DNA of 57,417 nt from Coleofasciculus sp. B1-GNL1-01 (GTDB lineage: Bacteria; Cyanobacteriota; Cyanobacteriia; Cyanobacteriales; Coleofasciculaceae), in assembly GCA_040220235.1 (NCBI GenBank), contig JAVJTO010000046.1. One strand, given 5' to 3'. Shown here one piece after another: positions 37,585-48,193 of this stretch (positions are counted from its first letter, which is position 1; each line of letters starts with the position of its first letter). The position numbers and the translations under genes were made by a program. The notes beneath the pieces were generated by a model. The model searched no databases and was not told the origin of the DNA. It saw nothing but the letters and a program-made list of their open reading frames with translations.

Positions 37585-40500
37585 CTAAGCTTGTCGCCGC
37601 CGATAGGTCAGATAACCCACACCGCCTCCAGTCACCACGATGGCAATCGCCGACGGTACCAACGGCACCCAAACGCCTTGGCTGACCAGAATCAGGTAGC
37701 ATAAACCATACAAACCGACCACTGTACCCACAGCACCAGCAGCCCCTTGCGCCAACGAGCGAGAACAGAACCAGATAACCAAACCTCCAACGGTAGACCA
37801 GCCAAAAATCCACAATGTTTCGCCCCAAAGCGGTAACCACCAAATTAAAGGACGCTGATCTAATACCGCACTGATAAGTTGGCTTGCCATCTGAGCTTGC
37901 ACCATCACTCCCGGCATATTACCGTAAGGAGTATTCCAAAGGTCAGCCCTTATATCTGCCGTGTCCGTGTAACCAATAATCACAATCCGGTCTTGAATGT
38001 CTGCGGCAGATACCTTGCCATTGAGAACATCTTCTAGGCTAACCGTTGGCGCAAACTTGTTGGGGTCACCTTGGTGGGCGCGGTAATTGAGTAAAGTTTG
38101 ATAACTTTCTAGTTGATCATTTCTACCTAGGTAAGGACTACCATTTCCCCAAAGTTCCGGGATTGCCGTCTCGCCAAACTGCATATCTCGCACATAGTAC
38201 CCTTCACTATTGAGGGGAGAGGTATAAGAAATCCCTTCTGCTTCCAGATACTTACGAGCCAGAACTAAGTTCAATGCCTCTGGCGTGTTGCAAAACCTTG
38301 GGTCGGGTTCCTGCAAGAGCAAGTGACGGCGCAACATCATCTCACCATCCTCAGAGGCATCATTAAATCCAATACGCTCCATCGGAACTTCACTGGGGGG
38401 AGGAATACCCGGTCTCGGATTGCCCTGTTCATCGTCATAACTCGCTTTACAAAGCGCAATCAGGTTCTGCGTTTGCCGGAAACGTTTCGCTAACTCTGGC
38501 TGTGCCTGAAAATCTCGGTAAAAATCTAAGCCAATCAGTCGGGGTTGATGTGCCGATAACTTAGCTAAAACCTCATCTAAAGCTTTGTCAGGGATTGTGC
38601 CAATTCCCGGCTGATAACGCCCCTCAATTATGTCTTGCCGGAGTGCCTCACTACTGGCAGCATCCACCTCGACGATTAAAAAACGCTGATCTTGAGGTTC
38701 ACTGGGACGTAACCGCATTAACTGATCATAGACTCTCAGTTCAGCCGACTCCATCCCACCCAAAAACCGAGCCACAACCACCAGCACCGAAACGAAAGCA
38801 CTCGTCAACACCACCGAACGCCGCTTAATTTTGCGATAGGGCAGTTCTCGGCTAGCTTTAATATAGTCTAGTTGTAGCGCCGTGGGCTTCGGTTGCTTGT
38901 CGGCTGATTCCTGTAACCATTGCTTAGAGGCGACTAAATCTTTCCCTCGCAGCAAAAAGCTATCATCCTGTCCCTTTTGTGTCCACTCCATCGCCTTCAC
39001 CAGCAGCCGAGTGTGAGTGCGTGTATAGTCCGGATCACTATCTAGCGTCCGGATTAATTCGCCAAAATTGGGTAAAAATTCACCGCCGTGTTTACGGAAA
39101 TCAATCCAGTGGGCGTTCTCTAAAGCCAAGGGAAGTTCGGCTGTGGCTGTTTCTTGATGCAAGATGGCAACCGTTCGTTTATTCAGCGTCTGGGCATAAG
39201 CTAACTCCTTAGCCACATCAGCATCGTTAACAAAAGGAAGAGAAATCACCGCGACAATTGTATTAGCTCGTTCAATACCCTTAACCCGTTCAATACCCTG
39301 ATCAATGACTAGCTGCAAGGCAATGCTGTCACTTCCTGAAGCTCTATCCTGGGGCAAGTCCGCTTGGGTAGAAATACTTTCCTGGTCAAACCACGTCGTT
39401 TTACCCTGCATCTGCAACGCATCATTCAGCTTACGCACAAAGTCTGAGTCAGCATCAGAATAGGAAATAAACACATCATGGGACACTTCCGGCGGCTGTC
39501 GCAGACTTTCAGTGATAAATTCTTCGTGCCAAGCTGTTGGCTGATGTTGAGTCCTCTTTTTCGCCACCTGCAACCAAGCTTCAGCACGGCGCAGATTATA
39601 CCCCCGCAGTAAAATACTGGGGTTGCGGTTCTGCTGCTGCCACTTGAGCGCCTTAGCTAAGAAAATCTTATGCTCGTGGTAGTATACTGCCTCGTGATCC
39701 AGTATGTTGATCAGTTGGCTTTCATCAAGACGGTAATCTTCTTCGTGTAGATTATCAGTCAGATCAATATAATGTAACGAGCGCAATTCTGGCGGGATTT
39801 GCTCCGGCTCAACAGGACTCACCAGCACAGGGATAATCCGCTTATTCAGCGCTAAAGCATAGTTTAATTCTTGCTGACAGTAGGTGGAGTTCAAGGAGTC
39901 AGGTGAGAGCAAATAGACTAAGTTATCTGCTTGGGCTACACCCTGCTTAATCGCTGCCTCAAAGGTTTCCCCTGTTTGAATATCAGCGGTATTCGTCCAA
40001 ACTGTAAATCCTGCACGCCACAGACTGGTGCGAATCTGCCGCATCACTGCCTCATTTTCGTAGGCATAGGAGAGGAACACCTGAGTCATCAGGTTATAAG
40101 CATTTTTGATACTTTCGCTGATAAACTCACAGTGTAAATCTGTGGGAGTACAGGGGGGCTGCTCGTCTTTAAAGCGCACCTTCAGCCATGCTTCGGCTTG
40201 CTTTCGTTCCTCACCAATGAGTAAATCTTGTGATCTCTTGTGCTGCCGTTCCCAGGCTAGGGCTTTATCTAAGAAATACGTGTGCTGATGTACGTAATCC
40301 TTGTGCCTTGCGAATAGTTCTAGTAATCCGGAGAACGACTGCTCAAAGTCGTCAATTCCCTCACGAAAATACACCCAATTAATTTTGCCAATTGCCGGAT
40401 GCATATTGGGAAAGCTGGAATGCAGTCCCTTTGCTTGGTAAGCATCCCAGTCAGCATCCGTTCCTTGGGGATTCCGTTGTTGCCAGGTATCACGACTAAT

Positions 40501-40803
40501 CTGTTCGACGTGCAGCAACGGGATAATCCGCTTGTGGTACTTAATTGCCAGTTCGATTTCTTTACGGCAGTAGGCGGAGTTGATCGAATGGGGAGCAATG
40601 ATGAACAGGAAGTTATCCGCCTTCTCAATCCCATCATCAATTTGGTTTTGAAAATCTACGCCCAGAGGAATATTTTCAAAGTCAAACCAAATTTTTAAGC
40701 CGTACTCAGTCAGGTGTTGATAGAGCTTTATGGCAAAGGCTTTACTATCGGCTCTTCCATAGGAAATAAAGCCATTGTCAAAGCCGGGACGCGGTTCATA
40801 CAT
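37585..40803 (-). CDS. Triple-TIR / CHASE2 membrane protein
   Basis: Three TIR units (FISYGRAD..SAYCRKEI; FLSYAYEN..STYCQQEL; FISYSDAD..DVAKEL); TM at about aa 663-682; CHASE2 (ELRVYDQLMRLRP, IGLDFYRD, IGFND, RIVIIG, PGVMVQAQM.SQL); three C-terminal TMs. Confidence 0.9.
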   Translation of the reverse strand: MYEPRPGFDNGFISYGRADSKAFAIKLYQHLTEYGLKIWFDFENIPLGVDFQNQIDDGIEKADNFLFIIAPHSINSAYCRKEIELAIKYHKRIIPLLHVEQISRDTWQQRNPQGTDADWDAYQAKGLHSSFPNMHPAIGKINWVYFREGIDDFEQSFSGLLELFARHKDYVHQHTYFLDKALAWERQHKRSQDLLIGEERKQAEAWLKVRFKDEQPPCTPTDLHCEFISESIKNAYNLMTQVFLSYAYENEAVMRQIRTSLWRAGFTVWTNTADIQTGETFEAAIKQGVAQADNLVYLLSPDSLNSTYCQQELNYALALNKRIIPVLVSPVEPEQIPPELRSLHYIDLTDNLHEEDYRLDESQLINILDHEAVYYHEHKIFLAKALKWQQQNRNPSILLRGYNLRRAEAWLQVAKKRTQHQPTAWHEEFITESLRQPPEVSHDVFISYSDADSDFVRKLNDALQMQGKTTWFDQESISTQADLPQDRASGSDSIALQLVIDQGIERVKGIERANTIVAVISLPFVNDADVAKELAYAQTLNKRTVAILHQETATAELPLALENAHWIDFRKHGGEFLPNFGELIRTLDSDPDYTRTHTRLLVKAMEWTQKGQDDSFLLRGKDLVASKQWLQESADKQPKPTALQLDYIKASRELPYRKIKRRSVVLTSAFVSVLVVVARFLGGMESAELRVYDQLMRLRPSEPQDQRFLIVEVDAASSEALRQDIIEGRYQPGIGTIPDKALDEVLAKLSAHQPRLIGLDFYRDFQAQPELAKRFRQTQNLIALCKASYDDEQGNPRPGIPPPSEVPMERIGFNDASEDGEMMLRRHLLLQEPDPRFCNTPEALNLVLARKYLEAEGISYTSPLNSEGYYVRDMQFGETAIPELWGNGSPYLGRNDQLESYQTLLNYRAHQGDPNKFAPTVSLEDVLNGKVSAADIQDRIVIIGYTDTADIRADLWNTPYGNMPGVMVQAQMASQLISAVLDQRPLIWWLPLWGETLWIFGWSTVGGLVIWFCSRSLAQGAAGAVGTVVGLYGLCYLILVSQGVWVPLVPSAIAIVVTGGGVGYLTYRRRQA

Positions 40804-41026
40804 CTAACTTGAGATAGATTTATTTCTAATATCCACAACTATAACAAAAGAACCTGAATGCGACTCGAACAGCGATCGCGAATTAGGGCTTGCTGTCAAA
40901 ACCTGAAACCTTATCGTTGGTTTTATGTAACGAAGACACTCGGATATCAAGACTTACCCAGGCTTTCCCGTTGAACCATTTGTAGGGGTACGACAGGGGT
41001 ACGACATGTCGTACCCCTACCGTCTT

Positions 41027-41890
41027 TTAAGCGGCGCTAATGGTTGCATGGAGAGAGGGGTGTTCATGTTCAACCACAAACACATTGGCATAAAGGTTCG
41101 CCACAATTTGCTTACCCTCTAGCGTCAACTCTAAGTAGCGCAATGAGTCCTTAATGTAGGGATACACCCCACTCCAGTAAAACTTGGAATAGTTTTGGCG
41201 CAAATCCCCTGGATGGCTATAGCCTAAGGCTTTATTCACACCCGTTTCTTCAAACTCGTAGTACAAGGCACTAATTTTTTTCAAGTAGCGCGGATCACTG
41301 AGTTGACCAATTAAATCGGCAGACCTTACTAAACCGGGACAGTTACTTGTGTCTAGGTGATCTTGATCACTGGGTACGGGAAAACGAGTGAGTTCAATAT
41401 TCCGCTTAATTTCTTCAGCGTCAATCAGTAAATTGCCACCAAACCGTTCTTCAATAAACAGCTTACCGCGATCAACGTGATAGGGGGTGAGGCTGGCATC
41501 TGTCGCCCCTGGTGGTAAACTCACCTTGTCCCCATCTACGCCTGTGGCATAGCGGTTTTCACTTAAGCGGTCTTGTCGGCAGACTCCTTTAACGTAACCA
41601 ATATCATGGCAGAGTAAGGAGATAATCGCATGCATCCAGTCTTCACAGGAAATGCCTCCTTCACGGATATGTTTACCGCGCAGAATTTCCTGTCCGACTA
41701 AGGTGACTAAAATGGTGTGTTCAACATTGTGGTAGAGAGCGTCACTATTGGCAATATTTTCTAATGCCATGCCGCCCGCCCAGCCGATAATGTCAGCGTA
41801 GTCAGACTTCCAGCCACCGTAAGTTCGGCTGTAGCCTTCCCGAATCCGATCCACAAAGTTGTCGATGAGTATTTGGGTTGTGTCAAACAT
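41027..41890 (-). CDS. HD-domain metal-dependent phosphohydrolase (cyanobacterial Npun_R2479-like)
   Basis: YHNVEHT, LLCHDIGY, YHVDRG and ADLIGQL motifs. Confidence 0.88.
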   Translation of the reverse strand: MFDTTQILIDNFVDRIREGYSRTYGGWKSDYADIIGWAGGMALENIANSDALYHNVEHTILVTLVGQEILRGKHIREGGISCEDWMHAIISLLCHDIGYVKGVCRQDRLSENRYATGVDGDKVSLPPGATDASLTPYHVDRGKLFIEERFGGNLLIDAEEIKRNIELTRFPVPSDQDHLDTSNCPGLVRSADLIGQLSDPRYLKKISALYYEFEETGVNKALGYSHPGDLRQNYSKFYWSGVYPYIKDSLRYLELTLEGKQIVANLYANVFVVEHEHPSLHATISAA

Positions 41891-42299
41891 GGAGGGTTAC
41901 CTCAAGGGGACTGGTTAGGACAATCGAAGTTTATGAGTTAGTAGTTGACTATAATGATAAATCTCTCTGAGAGTTGAGTAATCCTATCCTTTGCCATTAA
42001 TCCGTCTTGGCTCAAAAGCGGTGATTTTCACGCCTAGGACAGGTATAGCGAAAAATTCTCAAACTCGATACTTCTAATGTAATAAAAATAGCGAAAAAGG
42101 TTGTGATGACGTTTTTTCGCTCAACGTGATGCTTTGAGGCAACCCGTGTGAGGCGGATCACCTGATTGCAATTAGCCAAAGATGTGCTTTGGGAGCAGGG
42201 GAAGATGGGGAGCAATTTAGAGACGTGCCATGGCGCGTCTGGAAGCTGGGGGAGTAGGGAAAGTACAGGCACCGGAAATTAAAGTTTATCTGAATAGTA

Positions 42300-42509
42300 T
42301 TAGCCAAACACCTCTGCTTCAATACCATGCCACCACTCACCCAGATTCATCAAATCCTGATGAATCTCAGCTAGCTCACGAGTATAGGCATCTGGTGTCA
42401 TGGTTGTTTTACGCTCTTGGAGTTTTCGTAAACGCAATTGCACTAACAGCCAAGGCTTGGCAATCCCGTCTGTCGCTTCAATGTATTGGGCTAAGTCTTT
42501 ACTGTTCAT
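42300..42509 (-). CDS. Small conserved-looking hypothetical protein
   Basis: 69-aa helical ORF with ATG, protein-like composition, downstream of the sodB terminator. Confidence 0.65.
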   Translation of the reverse strand: MNSKDLAQYIEATDGIAKPWLLVQLRLRKLQERKTTMTPDAYTRELAEIHQDLMNLGEWWHGIEAEVFG

Positions 42510-42551
42510 TTTCTGTATAGGCGCGATCGCACATCAAGGACTCAAACTACC

Positions 42552-42586
42552 AAAAGCCCCGTCTGATATCCAGATCAGGCGGGGCT
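42552..42586 (-). terminator. Rho-independent terminator of sodB
   Basis: Minus strand AGCCCCGCCTGAT-loop-ATCAGACGGGGCT followed by a short T run. Confidence 0.75.
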
Positions 42587-42625
42587 AGTCACTGTTACTG
42601 ACGTGACAACTTCACTGGATTATCC

Positions 42626-43225
42626 TTAAGCGGCAGCCATTTGCTGATTCACAAAGTCCCAGTTAATCAGATTGTTGAGAAACGCTTCCACAAAATCAGG
42701 ACGCTTGTTTTGATAATCAAGATAGTAGGCGTGTTCCCACACATCACAGGTTAACAACGGCGTCATTCCCAAAGCAATGGGGTTGACAGCATTGGCAGTG
42801 TTAACTACTTTGAGCGTGCCATTATCGAGGACTAGCCACGCCCAGCCACTACCAAATTGGCTTGTAGCGGCGTTCTTGAATTCTTCCTTGAACTTATCGT
42901 AGCCGCCTAAATCAGAGTTGATTTTGTCAGCGACTGCACCACTGGGCGCACCGCCACCACCTGACTTCATGGAGTTCCAGAAGAAGGTGTGGTTCCAAGC
43001 TTGGGCAGCATTATTGAAAAGCCCTGACTTGGACGAATCATTGTAGCTAGCCTTAATGACTTCCTCGATGGACTTGTCACCCATACCAGCGGATTGGGAC
43101 ATGTCGTTGAATTTAGTGACGTACTTCGCGTGGTGCTTGTCGTGATGAAACTCTAGCGTTTTAGCTGAGATGTAAGGCTCCAGCGCGTTGTAAGCGTAAG
43201 GTAAATCAGGAAGTGCGTAGGCCAT
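42626..43225 (-). CDS. sodB: Fe superoxide dismutase
   Basis: HHDKHH, FNNAAQAWNH (Fe-type Gln), QFGSGWAW and DVWEHAYY motifs. Confidence 0.95.
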   Translation of the reverse strand: MAYALPDLPYAYNALEPYISAKTLEFHHDKHHAKYVTKFNDMSQSAGMGDKSIEEVIKASYNDSSKSGLFNNAAQAWNHTFFWNSMKSGGGGAPSGAVADKINSDLGGYDKFKEEFKNAATSQFGSGWAWLVLDNGTLKVVNTANAVNPIALGMTPLLTCDVWEHAYYLDYQNKRPDFVEAFLNNLINWDFVNQQMAAA

Positions 43226-43473
43226 ATTGTGTTCTATCCTCTCAAATACTGTGTTCTAGCTTAAAACGAACCGAGACTTTAGATGTATTCCTTAGGTTAA
43301 GTATTACTATATCAAGGGATTAACGCTTGTTGTAATAACTATTAACAATAGCATTGTTTCTGTGAGGGGTAGCCATCGCCTTAAGTCTATGATTAGGTTT
43401 GGGATATTCTACCCGTGGCGAAACAGGTTAGACGCGATCGCGCCTCTAGCCCGGTTGAGTCAAAGGGGGACAG

Positions 43474-43971
43474 TTAGCGGTTTTCCTGGACAATCGCTTG
43501 CACAATATCAATGGCATCGGCTGGGGTGGCTGCTACAAAAACTGTCTCCGGCGACAGGCTGGTAAAAAACTGTTGACTTTCGTGATGGTCGGACAATAAT
43601 ACCACAGGTTTACCACCCTTGAGGGCAAGAGCGATTTCAGAGGCGGTTCCTGCACCAATACCACAAGCAATCACTACATCACTGGAGAGAACGTTAATAT
43701 TATTTCGTCCACTTCCCATATCTGTCGCGATCGCAATATCCACAGCATCGGACATATTCTGAGTATCGCTGCTGGGTAAGATGCCCACGGTTAAGCCATT
43801 TGCTGCTTTTGCACCTTGACTTGCTGCATTCATTACTCCAGCATTTCTACCACCTGTCAGCAGTACCCATCCCTGCTGGGCGATACGTTGTCCCAATTCA
43901 TAAGCTCGTTCTAAGTCGGTGGCGGTAGCCCCTTTACCGGGTCCCATCACGCCGACAACAATTTTTCTCAT
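43474..43971 (-). CDS. TIGR00725-family SLOG/LOG-like protein
   Basis: VGVMGPG, LLTGG..GVM.AAS.GA, RNNINV and GAGTASE motifs; ATG at 43971 chosen because the longer ORF runs through a MITE. Confidence 0.85.
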   Translation of the reverse strand: MRKIVVGVMGPGKGATATDLERAYELGQRIAQQGWVLLTGGRNAGVMNAASQGAKAANGLTVGILPSSDTQNMSDAVDIAIATDMGSGRNNINVLSSDVVIACGIGAGTASEIALALKGGKPVVLLSDHHESQQFFTSLSPETVFVAATPADAIDIVQAIVQENR

Positions 43972-44055
43972 GGGTAGAAAGTATAGTTGGCTGAATACTG
44001 GAGTTATATCATTTTGGATTGTTTGTGTAACACAATGTCCTGCTCTAATTAGGGT

Positions 44056-44149
44056 TATAGCAGTCGCTAGGGTCATTAGGACATAAAATGAATGCCGTGT
44101 ATTTTTTTGAGGCAAGTTTAGTGTCCTAACCGTTGTGGCGGTTGCTATA
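44056..44149. mobile_element. 94-bp MITE with 28-bp imperfect TIRs
   Basis: TATAGCAGTCGCTAGGGTCATTAGGACA versus reverse complement of right end TATAGCAACCGCCACAACGGTTAGGACA. Confidence 0.7.
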
Positions 44150-44169
44150 TTTCCGTTATCGGTGAGAAA

Positions 44170-44233
44170 GGGCGGGTTTTGTTGTTCCGTTATCGGTGCA
44201 TAGATGACTTTAGTCCCTAAACCCGCCCCTACA
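44170..44233. repeat. REPIN-like inverted repeat
   Basis: GGGCGGGTTT...AAACCCGCCCCTACA. Confidence 0.85.
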
Positions 44234-44913
44234 GTAATGTTTTAACAACAGAGTTCATGAATTACGCGATCGCAACTTTACCTCCAATTCTGGTAGTTTG
44301 ACAAAAAAAAGCGATCGCCCTCTCTTGTTGAACAAGAATTAAAAGCGATCGCGCATTCTTATCTATCAGTGGCGTTGATTAAATAAAGACCCTTATCAAA
44401 CACGTCACTTGAATTTGAAAATGCACCCTAACATCCATCTGCTATCACTAAAGTTTCACTTACCACTATCTGTTCGTGTCGAGCTATTTTGTTCAACGAA
44501 TTGCTCCACTCAAACAGATTTTGCCGTTCTACAAAACTTTGTCTAGATTAAAAACACAAAGTTTGAACAACCTAACGGCTTGTTGGGTAAATGCGCCCTA
44601 TCTAAATATCGTCAACATCAATCGTCCACAGCAATGGAATTTTTTCTGCTTGTAAAAGTAAATTCCCTTGCTGTAATACATCCAAGTAACCTTCTTTAGA
44701 AGGAATATTAACTATGGTAGAAAAGGATACAATAATTGTCAACGATTTCGTAATACACTGTATTATTTCTTCGATTAAGTCGTCAGGACATGGACAAAGC
44801 AACAGGAAACGGGGAATAGAGAACAGTCAGAAGTTGACAATTGTTAATATTTCTTAATGTTTTATATCTAAAGACTGACCGATTTTTTCCAGATAGTCGG
44901 GGCAATTCATGAA

Positions 44914-45882
44914 TCACCCCGACTCATCGTATTTCTCGTGAGACTCCACCCTCAGCGAAGCAGGGTGGAGAGGGATAGAGGTCAAACCGCGCCGCTCGAT
45001 GCGGTGAGGTTTGAAGGGTCCAGTTGCCGGCACGACAATTAACCCCGTGCTTCGCTGCAACAACTGGACTTTTTTGACCCTAAATTGTCCTAAACGTTTC
45101 CAGTTAATATCACTAACCAAAACCAGTTTACCGGTGTCTCCAGAACACCAACCGATGTAAGTTTTTCCAGCTTTTTCGGCTATAAGTTTGTCACCTTTTC
45201 TAAACCCATGACGGGTGACTGTGCCGCCATACTTACGCCGTAGTCCACCTTTAGAGGGAACACATAGATGCAATTGTCTACGACTAACGGGTGGTCTACG
45301 GATTACCGCAAACGGCGCGGGGGTAACTTGAACATCACCTATCCAGCTACCATGTTTAGCATGATCGGAATGCCATTCCTGCCATTGAATGAACTCGAAC
45401 GCGGCTAAGGTTACACCGTCAACGGCATGGGTTGCAGGCGTCTGATGGCCCTTGTTCTTTTTGTCTTTGGCTAATCCTAACCATTGCCTAAGTTGACTGG
45501 TTCCGTTACCATCTCTCTGCCATCCTTTATGGGTGATAATAGGGGCTAACTCAGATAACCAAGTTAGCATTTGTCTCTGACCTACCATGACTGGAGAAAA
45601 GCCAACGCCAGACCGAGCCGATTGACGTCCGCTAGTCTTGTCTACATCCGCCATAACTAATTCATAATGGATGGCACTAATTGGGAATAGCTTGAACAAC
45701 TCTTTGACTACCCGTAACTACTGAGTATTTTCTTCCGTTTCAAATGTTAGCTGAATAGCAAAACATTCTAAGTACTTATACAATACTTTGGCTTTACCTT
45801 CTTTAAGCCAACGTCTAGCACGGCTAGGTTTTGTGGGCATTAATGGCTTACCCGATTTCGATAAAACTGGTACTCGCAACAT
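44914..45882 (-). pseudogene. isrB: IsrB (RRXRR/PLMP, HNH-less IscB relative) with internal deletion and in-frame stop
   Basis: ATG 45882 reads MLRVPVLSKSGKPLMPTKPSRARRWLKEGKA...TQ* (TAG at 45718-45720) and continues in frame as LRVVKELFKLFPISAIHYE...THAVDG...RRQLH. RuvC-I GIDPG and the Arg-rich bridge helix are missing; no HNH domain. Confidence 0.85.
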
Positions 45883-46124
45883 GGTGATAAACCTCCGAGT
45901 AAGAGTGTGTAGTCCCTTCCCGCCATCTCAGTTAAGATGTCTTGTACAGACGCGCCATGGCGCGTCTCTAACAACAACCCGACAAAAGGTTTTAGAGGTA
46001 ATCCGGACTAGGGAAGTATCCGGATGTCTGTACCAAACTGAGACTCTACGCGGTATTCAACGGTTTAAAATGCAATTTGTCTTGCAATCCCCACGCTCCA
46101 CGTCAGTAGCGTGGGGTTGTTGAA
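44920..46124 (-). mobile_element. Non-autonomous IS200/IS605-superfamily OMEGA element
   Basis: Subterminal hairpins at 46089-46116 and 44944-44970 (CTCCACCCT/AGGGTGGAG) enclose the omegaRNA and isrB; no tnpA. Confidence 0.7.
45883..46124 (-). ncRNA. Putative omegaRNA (HEARO-like) scaffold of the IsrB element
   Basis: About 240-nt leader starting TCAACAACCCCACGCT..AGCGTGGGG (9-bp stem) with GTTGAATA and TCCGGATACTTCCCTAGTCCGGA elements typical of IscB/IsrB leaders; boundaries approximate. Confidence 0.7.
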
Positions 46125-46315
46125 TATATGGAGTAATTGGGACGAACGTTGACACCTAAGCTGTTTGGTATTTCAACCTTAATGTCAATAATGGCGAAAT
46201 CCTTGTAGGGCGTTTAGCGAAGCCATGCCGCAGGCTTTAGCGAAGCCATGCCGCAGGCTTTGCATCTTGCTCGCTACCTATTCCCAATTTAAATGCGTGA
46301 CCGCTTAGTCTCCCA

Positions 46316-47326
<1,011 letters not shown>

Positions 47327-47708
47327 TCATCCCACTGATCTACCGATTTTACATTTCAGTAGATCCAGTTGATCAAAAAAGTTTCCGATGGATTGGGTAG
47401 AGAGGCAGAGGTGAAATTTGTGACCTCGCTCACCAAAGGGATTCTGTCTAGTCACGCTTACGTTTCATTGAAATTACTTATCCAGACCATACAGTATCAC
47501 CCATCTTCTCGCCAATCATCACCTGGGTTGTGTTACCCAATGCCTAGATCTTTTCTTTACAATTCAATATATTTGTTAAAAGAAGTTTAGAAAATCCGTG
47601 ACTTGTCGTTAATTAATAATTATCGGAAGATTAATAATGACTTATTACCAACTCTCTCATAACCAATCTCGGAACGGAGATAAATTGTCGTTAAAACTAC
47701 GGTACAAA

Positions 47709-47825
47709 ATGTTCAACTCAAAAACTGAGGATAAGTTTGAGGCGTGGATTACACAAATAGAAGACGACTGGAACGATGAAATCGCTGCCTGTCTTCAGGG
47801 TCAATTTCCCGATTGGCGTAGCTAA
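47709..47825 (+). CDS. Possible small protein (38 aa)
   Basis: MFNSKTEDKFEAWITQIEDDWNDEIAACLQGQFPDWRS; amphipathic and protein-like, but no family recognised. Confidence 0.3.
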   Translation: MFNSKTEDKFEAWITQIEDDWNDEIAACLQGQFPDWRS

Positions 47826-48193
47826 TCAGGAGTTGTCTTCGGCACGGTGAGATTAATGAATAAACCTAGGGTATGAGGCGATAAGTGCAGGTATCGAGAA
47901 TGCCGGAATCCTTCCAGCTAACGGAATTCCGCAATCCTGTTAAAAGATAGTGAAGCCTGAAAAAAATACCCTAAACTTATCTCAAACTAATCTTAAGAGC
48001 TAGGCTATAGAACTCAAGCTATGCCTATTCAACTTAGTTAGATATCTAAGAAAACCCGAGCGTGAGAGAGCGCTGGGTTGAGAAAAATGAGATGGTAGGT
48101 ATTTATTAGAATAACACAAACTGCAACGGCATTGAGACGGCGGTGCCTCGGCATCCTCTGGAATGGGGCAAGTTCCATAACATTATCAGTTCT

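Noticed and set aside
43972..44115. N-terminal extension of the TIGR00725 ORF
   Set aside because: Runs through a MITE; the family domain starts at ATG 43971.
44370..44802. AT-rich stretch with short ORF 44602-44802, possibly gene debris
   Set aside because: No recognisable motif or good start; cannot be supported without a database search.
45788..46123. 111-aa plus-strand ORF
   Set aside because: Antisense to the isrB 5' end and omegaRNA; shadow ORF.
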